From the NCBI RefSeq assembly GCF_964204645.1, contig NC_134036.1, positions 7,327,434 through 7,391,433 on the forward strand: DNA of 64,000 bases, in the 5' to 3' direction. This DNA is from Tubulanus polymorphus (taxonomy: Eukaryota > Animalia > Nemertea). The notes beneath the pieces were generated by a model that had not been told where the DNA came from, did no database searches, and worked only from the letters and a program-made list of their open reading frames with translations. How positions within the stretch are numbered: position 1 is the stretch's first letter; each line of letters opens with the position of its first letter. Position numbers and translations under genes: made by a program. Positions 11,787 through 23,700 of the stretch are shown piece after piece.

Positions 11787-14700
11787 GCCTTGATCAGCGT
11801 TACGACCCGGCGCAGTGAGGGAGGGAGGGAGGCAGTAGGTCGGTCGTCCGTCCGTTCGTCAGTGTGCCGGCGGTGGTTGTTCGAAAAACGACTAAGTGCT
11901 GACCGGGCCTTGATCAGCGTTACGACCCGGTGCAGTTAGGGAGGGAGGGAGGGAGGCAGTAGGTCCGTCGTCCGCCCGTTAGTCAGTGTCGGCGGTTGTT
12001 GTTCGAAAAACGACTAAGTGCTGACCGGGCCATGAACAGCGTTACGACCCGGCACCGGTCAGGAAGGGAGGGAGGGTGGCAGTAGGTCGGTCGTCCGTTC
12101 GTTCGTCAGTGTGCCGGCGGTGGTAGTTCGAAAAACGACTAAGTGCTGACCGGGCCTTGATCAGCGTTACGACCCGTGCAGTGAGGGAGGGAGGGAGGGA
12201 GGGAGGGAGGGAGGGAGGGTGGGAGGGAGGGAGGGTGGGAGGGAGGGAGGGAGGGAGGGAGGGAGGGAGGGAGGGAGGGAGGGAGGGAGGGAGGGAGGGA
12301 GGGAGGGAGGGAGGGAGGGAGGGAGGGAGGGAGGGAGGGAGGGAGGGAGGGAGGGAGGGAGGGAGGGAGGGAGGGAGGGAGGGAGGGAGGGAGGGAGGGG
12401 AGGGAGGGAGGGAGGGAGGGAGGGAGGGAGGGAGGGAGGGAGGGAGGGAGGGAGGGAGGGAGGGAGGGAGGGAGGGAGGGAGGGAGGGAGGGAGGGAGGC
12501 AGTAGGTCGGTCGTCCGTCCGTTCGTCAGTGTGCCGGCGGTGGTTGTTCGAAAAACGACTGAGTGCTGACCGGGCCATGATCAGCGTTACGACCCGGTGC
12601 AGTGAGGGAGGGAGGGAGGCACTAGGACAGTCGTCCGCCCGTTAGTCAGTGTGTCGGCGGTTGTTGTTCGAAAAACGACTAAGTGCTGACCGGGCCATGA
12701 ACAGCGTTACGACCCGGCACCGGTCAGGAAGGGAGGGAGGGTGGCAGTAGGTCGGTCGTCCGTTCGTTCGTCAGTGTGCCGGCGGTGGTTGTTCGAAAAA
12801 CGACTAAGTGCTGACCGGGCCTTGATCAGCGTTACGACCCGGCACCGGTCAGGGAGGGAGGGAGGGAGGCAGTAGGTCGGTCGTCCGTCGTTCGTCAGTG
12901 TGCCGGCGGTGGTTGTTCGAAAAACGACTAAGTGCTGACCGGGCCTTGATCAGCGTTACGACCCGGTGCAGTTAGGGAGGGAGGGAGGGAGGCAGTAGGT
13001 CCGTCGTCCGCCCGTTAGTCAGTGTGTCGGCGGTTGTTGTTCGAAAAACGACTAAGTGCTGACCGGGCCATGAACAGCGTTACGACCCGGCACCGGTCAG
13101 GAAGGGAGGGAGGGTGGCAGTAGGTCGGTCGTCCGTTCGTTGGTCAGTGTGCCGGCGGTGGTAGTTCGAAAAACGACTAAGTGCTGACCGGGCCTTGATC
13201 AGCGTTACGACCCGGAGCAGTGTGGGAGGGAGGGGGACAGTAGGTCGGTCGTCCGTCCGTTCGTCAGTGTGCCGGCAGAGTTGGTTGTTCGAAAAACGAC
13301 TAAGTGCTGACCGGGCCTTGATCAGCGTTACGACCCGGTGCTGTGAGGGAGGGAGAAAGGGAGGCAGTAGGTCGGTCGTCCATCCGTTCGTCAGTGTGCC
13401 GGCGGTGGTTGTTCGAAAAACGACTAAGTGCTGACCGGGCCTTGATCAGCGTTACGACCCGGCGCAGTGAGGGAGGGAGGGAGGGAGGCAGTAGGTCGGT
13501 CGTCCATCCGTTCGTCAGTGTGCCGGCGGTGGTTGTTCGAAAAACGACTAAGTGCTGACCGGGCCATGATCAGCGTTACGACCCGGAGCATTGAGGGAGG
13601 GAGGGAGGCAGTAGGTCGGTCGTCCGTCCGTTTGTCAGTGTGCCGGCAGTGATGGTTGTTCGAAAAACGACTAAGGGCTCTCCGGGCCTTAATCAGCGTT
13701 ACGACCCGGCGCTGGTCAGGGAGGGAGGGAGGGAGGCAGTAGGTCGGTCGTCCATCCGTTCGTCAGTGTGCCGGCGGTGGTAGTTCGAAAAACGACTAAG
13801 TGCTGACCGGGCCTTGATCAGCGTTACGACCCGGTGCAGTGAGGGAGGGAGGGAGGCAGTAGGTCGGTCGTCCGTCCGGTCGTCAGTGTGCCGGCGGTGG
13901 TTGTTCGAAAAACGACTAAGTGCTGACCGGGCCTTGATCAGCGTTACGACCCGGCGCAGTGAGGGAGGGAGGGAGGGAGGGAGGCAGTAGGTCGGTCGTC
14001 CATCCGTTCGTCAGTGTGCCGGCGGTGGTTGTTCGAAAAACGACTAAGTGCTGACCGGGCCATGAACAGCGTTACGACCCGGCACCGGTCAGGGCGGGAG
14101 GGAGGGTGGCAGTAGGTCGGTCGTCCGTTCGTTCGTCAGTGTGCCGGCGGTGGTAGTTCGAAAAACGACTAAGTGCTGACCGGGCCTTGATCAGCGTTAC
14201 GACCCGGTGCAGTGAGGGAGGGAGGGAGGGAGGCAGTAGGTCCGTCGTCCGCCCGTTAGTCAGTGTGTCGGCGGTTGCTGTTCGAAAAACGACTAAGTGC
14301 TGACCGGGCCATGAACAGCGTTACGACCCGGCACCGGTCAGGAAGGGAGGGAGGGTGGCAGTAGGTCGGTCGTCCGTTCGTTCGTCAGTGTGCCGGTGGT
14401 GGTAGTTCGAAAAACGACTAAGTGCTGACCGGGCCTTGATCAGCGTTACGACCCGGTGCAGTGAGGGAGGGAGGGAGGGAGGCACTAGGACAGTCGTCCG
14501 CCCGTTAGTCAGTGTGTCGGCGGTTGTTGTTCGAAAAACGACTAAGTGCTGACCGGGCCATGAACAGCGTTACGACCCGGCACCGGTCAGGAAGGGAGGG
14601 AGGGTGGCAGTAGGTCGGTCGTCCGTCCGTTCGTCAGTGTGCCGGCGGTGGTAGTTCGAAAAACGACTAAGTGCTGACCGGGCCATGAACAGCGTTACGA

Positions 14701-17700
14701 CCCGGCACCGGTCAGGAAGGGAGGGAGGGTGGCAGTAGGTCGGTCGTCCATCCGTTCGTCAGTGTGCCGGCGGTGGTAGTTCGAAAAACGACTAAGTGCT
14801 GACCGGGCCTTGATCAGCGTTACGACCCGGTACAGTGAGGGAGGGAGGGAGGCAGTAGGTCGGTCGTCCGTCCGTTCGTCAGTGTGCCGGCGGTGGTTGT
14901 TCGAAAACGACTGTGCTGACCGGGTCATGATCAGCGTTACGACCCGGTGCAGTGAGGGAGGGAGGGAGGGAGGCAGTAGGTCGGTCGTCCATCCGTTCGT
15001 CAGTGTGCCGGCGATGGTTGTTCGAAAAACGACTAAGTGCTGACCGGGCCTTGATCAGCGTTACGACCCGGTGCAGTGAGGGAGGGAGGGAGGCACTAGG
15101 ACAGTCGTCCGCCCGTTAGTCAGTGTGCCGGCGGTGGTTGTTCGAAAAACGACTAAGTGCTGACCGGGCCTTGATCAGCGTTACGACCCGGCACCGGTCA
15201 GGGAGGGAGGGAGGGAGGCAGTAGGTCGGTCGTCCGTCCGTTCGTCACTGTGCCGGCGGTGGTAGTTCGAAAAACGACTAAGTGCTGACCGGGCCTTGAT
15301 CAGCGTTACGACCGGAGCTTTGAGGGAGGGAGGGAGGCAGTAGGTCGGTCGTCCGTCCGTTTGTCAGTGTGCCGGCAGTGATGGTTGTTCGAAAAAATGA
15401 CTAAGGGCTGACCGGGCCTTGATCAGCGTTACGACCCGGCGCTGGTCAGGGCGGGAGGGAGGGAGGCAGTAGGTCGGTCGTCCATCCGTTCGTCAGTGTG
15501 CCGGCGGTGGTAGTTCGAAAAACGACTAAGTGCTGACCGGGCCTAGATCAGCGTTACGACCCGGTGCAGTGAGGGAGGGAGGGAGGCAGTAGGTCGGTCG
15601 TCCGTCCGGTCGTCAGTGTGCCGGCGGTGGTTGTTCGAAAAACGACTAAGTGCTGGACCGGGCCATGATCAGCGTTACGACCCGGTGCAGTGAGGGAGGG
15701 AGGGAGGGAGGCAGTAGGTCGGGTCGTCCATCCGTTCGTCAGTGTGCCGGCGGTGGTTGTTCGAAAAACGACTAAGTGCTGACCGGGCCATGAACAGCGT
15801 TACGACCCGGCACCGGTCAGGAAGGGAGGGAGGGTGGCAGTAGGTCGGTCGTCCGTTCGTTCGTCAGTGTGCCGGCGGTGGTTGTTCGAAAAACGACTAA
15901 GTGCTGACCGGGCCATGAACAGCGTTACGACCCGGCACCGGTCAGGAAGGGAGGGAGGGTGGCAGTAGGTCGGTCGTCCGTTCGTTGGTCAGTGTGCCGG
16001 CGGTGGTTGTTCGAAAAACGACTAAGTGCTGACCGGGCCTTGATCAGCGTTACGACCCGGTGCAGTGAGGGAGGGAGGGAGGCAGTAGGTCGGTCGTCCG
16101 TCCGTTCGTCGTGTGCCGGCGGTGGTTGTTCGAAAAACGACTAAGTGCTGACCGGGCCATGAACAGCGTTACGACCCGGCACCGGTCAGGAAGGGAGGGA
16201 GGGTGGCAGTAGGTCGGTCGTCCGTTCGTTGGTCAGTGTGCCGGCGGTGGTAGTTCGAAAAACGACTAAGTGCTGACCGGGCTATGAACAGCGTTACGAC
16301 CCGCACCGGTCAGGAAGGGAGGGAGGGTGGCAGTAGGTCGGTCGTCCATCCGTTCGTCAGTGTGCCGGCGGTGGTAGTTCGAAAAACGACTAAGTGCTGA
16401 CCGGGCCTTGATCAGCGTTACGACCCGGTACAGTGAGGGAGGGAGGGAGGCAGAGGTCGGTCGTCCGTCCGTTCGTCAGTGTGCCGGCGGTGGTTGTTCG
16501 AAAAACGACTAAGTGCTGACCGGGCCTTGATCAGCGTTACGACCCGGAGCATTGAGGGAGGGAGGGAGGCAGTAGGTCGGTCGTCCGTCCGTCCGTTTGT
16601 CAGTGTGCCGGCAGCGATGGTTGTTCGAAAAATGACTAAGGGCTGACCGGGCCTTGATCAGCGTTACGACCCGGAGCATTGAGGGAGGAGGGAGGGAGGC
16701 AGTAGGTCGGTCGTCCATCCGTTCGTCAGTGTGCCGGCGGTGGTAGTTCGAAAAACGACTAAGTGCTGACCGGGCCTTGATCAGCGTTACGACCCGGTGC
16801 AGTGAGGGAGGGAGGGAGGCAGTAGGTCGGTCGTCCGTCCGTTCGTCAGTGTGCCGGTGGTGGTTGTTCGAAAAACGACTAAGTGCTGACCGGGCCTTGA
16901 TCAGCGTTACGACCCGGCGCAGTGAGGGAGGGAGGGAGGGAGGGAGGCAGTAGGTCGGTCGTCCATCCGTTCGTCAGTGTGCCGGCGGTGGTTGTTCGAA
17001 AAACGACTAAGTGCTGACCGGGCCTTGATCAGCGTTACGACCCGGTGCAGTGAGGGAGGGAGGGAGGCACTAGGACAGTCGTCCGCCCGTTAGTCAGTGT
17101 GTCGGCGGTTGTTGTTCGAAAAACGACTAAGTGCTGACCGGGCCATGAAGAGCGTTACGACCCGGCACCGGTCAGGAAGGGAGGGAGGGTGGCAGTAGGT
17201 CGGTCGTCCGTTCGTTCGTCAGTGTGCCGGCGGTTGTTGTTCGAAAAACGACTAAGTGCTGACCGGCCTTGATCAGCGTTACGACCCGGTGCAGTGAGGA
17301 GGGAGGGAGGCAGTAGGTCGGTCGTCCATCCGTTCGTCAGTGTGCCGGCGGTGGTAGTTCGAAAAACGACTAAGTGCTGATCGGGCCTTGATCAGCGTTA
17401 CGACCCGGTGCAGTGAGGGAGGGAGGGAGGCAGTAGGTCGGTCGTCCATCCGTTCGTCAGGTGCCGGCGGTGGTTGTTCGAAAAACGACTAAGTGCTGAC
17501 CGGGCCATGATCAGCGTTACGACCCGGTGCAGTGAGGGAGGGAGGGAGGCACTAGGACAGTCGTCCGCCCGTTAGTCAGTGTGCCGGCGGTGGTTGTTCA
17601 AAAAACGACTAAGTGCTGACCGGGCCTTGATCAGCGTTACGACCCGGCACCGGTCAGGGAGGGAGGGAGGGAGGCAGTAGGTCGGTCGTCCGTCCGTTCG

Positions 17701-20700
17701 TCACTGTGCCCGGCGGTGGTAGTTCGAAAAACGACTAAGTGCTGACCGGGCCTTGATCAGCGTTACGACCCGGAGCATTGAGGGAGGGAGGGAGGCAGTA
17801 GGTCGGTCGTCCGTCCGTTTGTCAGTGTGCCGGCAGTGATGGTTGTTCGAAAAAATGACTAAGGGCTGACCGGGCCTTGATCAGCGTTACGACCCGGCGC
17901 TGGTCAGGGCGGGAGGGAGGGAGGCAGTAGGTCGGTCGTCCATCCGTTCGTCAGTGTGCCGGCGGTGGTAGTTCGAAAAACGACTAAGTACTGACCGGCC
18001 TAGATCAGCGTTACGACCCGGTGCAGTGAGGGAGGGAGGGAGGCAGTAGGTCGGTCGGCCGTCCGGTCGTCAGTGTGCCGGCGGTGGTTGTTCGAAAACG
18101 ACTAAGTGCTGACCGGGCCATGATCAGCGTTACGACCCGGTGCAGTGAGGGAGGGAGGGAGGAACTGGGACAGTCGTCCGCCCGTTAGTCAGTGTGTCGG
18201 CGGTTGTTGTTCGAAAAACGACTAAGTGCTGACCGGGCCATGAACAGCGTTACGACCCGGCACCGGTCAGGAAGGGAGGGAGGGTGGCAGTAGGTCGGTC
18301 GTCCGTTCGTTGGTCAGTGTGCCGGCGGTGGTAGTTCGAAAAACGACTAAGTGCTGACCGGGCCTTGATCAGCGTTACGACCCGGTGCAGTGAGGGAGGG
18401 AGGGAGCAGTAGGTCGGTCGTCCGTCCGTTCGTCAGTGTGCCGGCGGTGGTTGTTCGAAAAACGACTAAGTGCTGACCGGGCCATGAACAGCGTTACGAC
18501 CCGGCACCGGTCAGGAAGGGAGGGAGGGTGGCAGTAGGTCGGTCGTCCGTTCGTTGGTCAGTGTGCCGGCGGTGGTAGTTCGAAAAACGACTAAGTGCTG
18601 ACCGGGCCTTGATCAGCGTTACGACCCGGTGCAGTGAGGGAGGGAGGGAGGCAGTAGGTCGGTCGTCCGTCCGTTCGTCAGTGTGCCGGCGGTGGTTGTT
18701 CGAAAAACGACTAAGTGCTGACCGGGTCATGATCAGCGTTACGACCGGTGCAGTGAGGGAGGGAGGGAGGCAGTAGGTCGGTCGTCCGTCCGTTCGTCAG
18801 TGTGCCGGTGGTGGTTGTTCGAAAAACGACTAAGTGCTGACCGGGCCTTGATCAGCGTTACGACCCGGCGCAGTGAGGGAGGGAGGGAGGGAGGGAGGCA
18901 GTAGGTCGGTCGTCCATCCGTTCGTCAGTGTGCCGGCGGTGGTTGTTCGAAAAACGACTAAGTGCTGACCGGGCCTTGATCAGCGTTACGACCCGGTGCA
19001 GTGAGGGAGGGAGGGAGGCACTAGGACAGTCGTCCGCCCGTTAGTCAGTGTGTCGGCGGTTGTTGTTCGAAAAACGACTAAGTGCTGACCGGGCCATGAA
19101 GAGCGTTACGACCCGGCACCGGTCAGGAAGGGAGGGAGGGTGGCAGTAGGTCGGTCGTCCGTTCGTTCGTCAGTGTGCCGGCGGTTGTTGTTCGAAAAAC
19201 GACTAAGTGCTGACCGGGCCTTGATCAGCGTTACGACCCGGTGCAGTGAGGGAGGGAGGGAGGCAGTAGGTCGGTCGTCCATCCGTTCGTCAGTGTGCCG
19301 GCGGTGGTAGTTCGAAAAACGACTAAGTGCTGATCGGGCCTTGATCAGCGTTACGACCCGGTGCAGTGAGGGAGGGAGGGAGGCAGTAGGTCGGTCGTCC
19401 ATCCGTTCGTCAGTGTGCCGGCGGTGGTTGTTCGAAAAACGACTAAGTGCTGACCGGGCCATGATCAGCGTTACGACCCGGTGCAGTGAGGGAGGGAGGG
19501 AGGCACTAGGACAGTCGTCCGCCCGTTAGTCAGTGTGCCGGCGGTGGTTGTTCAAAAAACGACTAAGTGCTGACCGGGCCTTGATCAGCGTTACGACCCG
19601 GCACCGGTCAGGGAGGGAGGGAGGGAGGCAGTAGGTCGGTCGTCCGTCCGTTCGTCACTGTGCCGGCGGTGGTAGTTCGAAAAACGACTAAGTGCTGACC
19701 GGGCCTTGATCAGCGTTACGACCCGGAGCATTGAGGGAGGGAGGGAGGCAGTAGGTCGGTCGTCCGTCCGTTTGTCAGTGTGCCGGCAGTGATGGTTGTT
19801 CGAAAAAATGACTAAGGGCTGACCGGGCCTTGATCAGCGTTACGACCCGGCGCTGGTCAGGGCGGGAGGGAGGGAGGCAGTAGGTCGGTCGTCCATCCGT
19901 TCGTCAGTGTGCCGGCGGTGGTAGTTCGAAAAACGACTAAGTACTGACCGGGCCTAGATCAGCGTTACGACCCGGTGCAGTGAGGGAGGGAGGGGAGGCA
20001 GTAGGTCGGTCGGCCGTCCGGTCGTCAGTGTGCCGGCGGTGGTTGTTCGAAAAACGACTAAGTGCTGACCGGGCCATGATCAGCGTTACGACCCGGTGCA
20101 GTGAGGGAGGGAGGGAGGAACTAGGACAGTCGTCCGCCCGTTAGTCAGTGTGTCGGCGGTTGTTGTTCGAAAAACGACTAAGTGCTGACCGGGCCATGAA
20201 CAGCGTTACGACCCGGCACCGGTCAGGAAGGGAGGGAGGGTGGCAGTAGGTCGGTCGTCCGTTCGTTGGTCAGTGTGCCGGCGGTGGTAGTTCGAAAAAC
20301 GACTAAGTGCTGACCGGGCCTTGATCAGCGTTACGACCCGGTGCAGTGAGGGAGGGAGGGAGGCAGTAGGTCGGTCGTCCGTCCGTTCGTCAGTGTGCCG
20401 GCGGTGGTTGTTCGAAAAACGACTAAGTGCTGACCGGGCCATGAACAGCGTTACGACCCGGCACCGGTCAGGAAGGGAGGGAGGGTGGCAGTAGGTCGGT
20501 CGTCCGTTCGTTGGTCAGTGTGCCGGCGGTGGTAGTTCGAAAAACGACTAAGTGCTGACCGGGCCTTGATCAGCGTTACGACCCGGTGCAGTGAGGGAGG
20601 GAGGGAGGCAGTAGGTCGGTCGTCCGTCCGTTCGTCAGTGTGCCGGCGGTGGTTGTTCGAAAAACGACTAAGTGCTGACCGGGTCATGATCAGCGTTACG

Positions 20701-23700
20701 ACCCGGTGCAGTGAGGGAGGGAGGGAGGGAGGCAGTAGGTCGGTCGTCCATCCGTTCGTCAGTGTGCCGGCGGTGGTTGTTCGAAAAACGACTAAGTGCT
20801 GACCGGGCCTTGATCAGCGTTACGACCCGGTGCAGTGAGGGAGGGAGGGAGGGAGGGAGGGAGGCAGTAGGTCCGTCGTCCGCCCGTTAGTCAGTGTGTC
20901 GGCGGTTGCTGTTCGAAAAACGACTAAGTGCTGACCGGGCCATGAACAGCGTTACGACCCGGCACCGGTCAGGAAGGGAGGGAGGGTGGCAGTAGGTCGG
21001 TCGTCCGTTCGTTCGTCAGTGTGCCGGCGGTGGTAGTTCGAAAAACGACTAAGTGCTGACCGGGCCGTGATCAGCGTTACGACCCGGTGCAGTGAGGGAG
21101 GGAGGGAGGCACTAGGACAGTCGTCCGCCCGTTAGTCAGTGTGTCGGCGGTTGTTGTTCGAAAAACGACTATTAAGTGCTGACCGGGCCATGAACAGCGT
21201 TACGACCCGGCACCGGTCAGGAAGGGAGGGAGGGTGGCAGTAGGTCGGTCGCCCGTTCGTTCGTCAGTGTGCCGGCGGTGGTAGTTCGAAAAACGACTAA
21301 GTGCTGACCGGGCCTTGATCAGCGTTACGACCCGGTGCAGTGAGGGAGGGAGGGAGGCAGTAGGTCGATCGTCCGTCCGTTCGTCAGTGTGCCGGCGGTG
21401 GTTGTTCGAAAAACGACTAAGTGCTGACCGGGTCATGATCAGCGTTACGACCCGGTGCAGTGAGGGAGGGAGGGAGGGAGGCAGTAGGTCGGTCGTCCAT
21501 CCGTTCGTCAGTGTGCCGGCGGTGGTTGTTCGAAAAACGACTAAGTGCTGACCGGGCCTTGATCAGCGTTACGACCCGGTGCAGTGAGGGAGGGAGGGAG
21601 GGAGGCAGTAGGTCGGTCGTCCATCCGTTCGTCAGTGTGCCGGCGGTTGTTGTTCGAAAAACGACTAAGTGCTGACCGGGCCATGATCAGCGTTACGACC
21701 CGGTGCAGTGAGGGATGGAGGGAGGCACTAGGACAGTCGTCCGCCCGTTAGTCAGTGTGTCGGCGGTTGTTGTTCGAAAAACGACTAAGTGCTGACCGGG
21801 CCATGAACAGCGTTACGACCCGGCACCGGTCAGGAAGGGAGGGAGGGTGGCAGTAGGTCGGTCGTCCGTTCGTTCGTCAGTGTGCCGGCGGTGGTAGTTC
21901 GAAAAACGACTAAGTGCTGACCGGGCCTTGATCAGCGTTACGACCCGGTGCAGTGAGGGAGGGAGGGAGGCAGTAGGTCGGTCGTCCGTCCGTTCGTCAG
22001 TGTGCCGGCGGTGGTTGTTCGAAAAACGACTAAGTGCTGACCGGGTCATGATCAGCGTTACGACCCGGTGCAGTGAGGGAGGGAGGGAGGGAGGCAGTAG
22101 GTCGGTCGTCCATCCGTTCGTCAGTGTGCCGGCGGTGGTTGTTCGAAAAACGACTAAGTGCTGACCGGGCCATGATCAGCGTTACGACCCGGTGCAGTGA
22201 GGGATGGAGGGAGGCACTAGGACAGTCGTCCGCCCGTTAGTCAGTGTGTCGGCGGTTGTTGTTCGAAAAACGACTAAGTGCTGACCGGGCCATGAACAGC
22301 GTTACGACCCGGCACCGGTCAGGAAGGGAGGGAGGGTGGCAGTAGGTCGGTCGTCCGTTCGTTCGTCAGTGTGCCGGCGGTGGTAGTTCGAAAAACGACT
22401 AAGTGCTGACCGGGCCTTGATCAGCGTTACGACCCGTTGCAGTGAGGGAGGGAGGGAGGGAGGCAGTAGGTCCGTCGTCCGCCCGTTAGTCAGTGTGTCG
22501 GCGGTTGCTGTTCGAAAAACGACTAAGTGCTGACCGGGCCATGAACAGCGTTACGACCCGGCACCGGTCAGGAAGGGAAGGAGGGTGGCAGTAGGTCGGT
22601 CGTCCGTTCGTTCGTCAGTGTGCCGGCGGTGGTAGTTCGAAAAACGACTAAGTGCTGACCGGGCCTTGATCAGCGTTACGACCCGGTGCAGTGAGGGAGG
22701 GAGGGAGGCAGTAGGTCGGTCGTCCGTCCGTTCGTCAGTGTGCCGGCGGTGGTTGTTCGAAAAACGACTAAGTGCTGACCGGGCCTTGATCAGCGTTACG
22801 ACCCGGTGCAGTGAGCGAGGGAGGGAGGGAGGGAGGCATTAGGTCGGTCGTCCATCCGTTCGTCAGTGTGCCGGCGGTGGTTGTTCGAAAAACTACTAAG
22901 TGCTGACCGGGCCATGATCAGCGTTACGACCCGGTGCAGTGAGGGAGGGAGGGAGGCACTAGGACAGTCGTCCGCCCGTTAGTCAGTGTGTCGGCGGTTG
23001 TTGTACGAAAAACGACTAAGTACTGACCGGGCCATGAACAGCGTTACGACCCGGCACCAGTCAGGAAGGGAGGGAGGGTGGCAGTAGGTCGGTCGTCCGT
23101 TCGTTCGTCAGTGTGCCGGCGGTGGTTGTTCGAAAAACGACTAAGTGCTGACCGGGCCTTGATCAGCGTTACGACCCGGTGCAGTGAGGGAGGGAGGGAG
23201 GGAGGGAGGCAGTAGGTCCGTCGTCCGCCCGTTAGTCAGTGTGTCGGCGGTTGCTGTTCGAAAAACGACTAAGTGCTGACCGGGCCATGAACAGCGTTAC
23301 GACCCGGCACCGGTCAGGAAGGGAGGGAGGGTGGCAGTAGGTCGGTCGTCCGTTCGTTCGTCAGTGTGCCGGCGGTGGTAGTTCGAAAAACGACTAAGTG
23401 CTGACCGGGCATTGATCAGCGTTACGACCCGGTGCAGTGAGGGAGGGAGGGAGGCAGTAGGTCGGTCGTCCGTCCGTTCGTCAGTGTGCCGGCGGTGGTT
23501 GTTCGAAAAACGACTAAGTGCTGACCGGGTCATAATCAGCGTTACGACCCGGTGCAGTGAGGGAGGGAGGGAGGCAGTAGGTCGGTCGTCCATCCGTTCG
23601 TCAGTGTGCCGGCGGTTGTTGTTCGAAAAACGACTAAGTGCTGACCGGGCCTTGATCAGCGTTACGACCCGGTGCAGTGAGGGAGGGAGGGAGGCAGTAG

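Noticed and set aside
11860-11940. Resemblance of the 120-bp monomer to 5S rRNA (length; ctaag..cgggcct; acccggtgcagt)
   Set aside because: Matches are short, box C is absent and the 5S fold cannot be built. A distant 5S origin would need an Infernal or nhmmer test.
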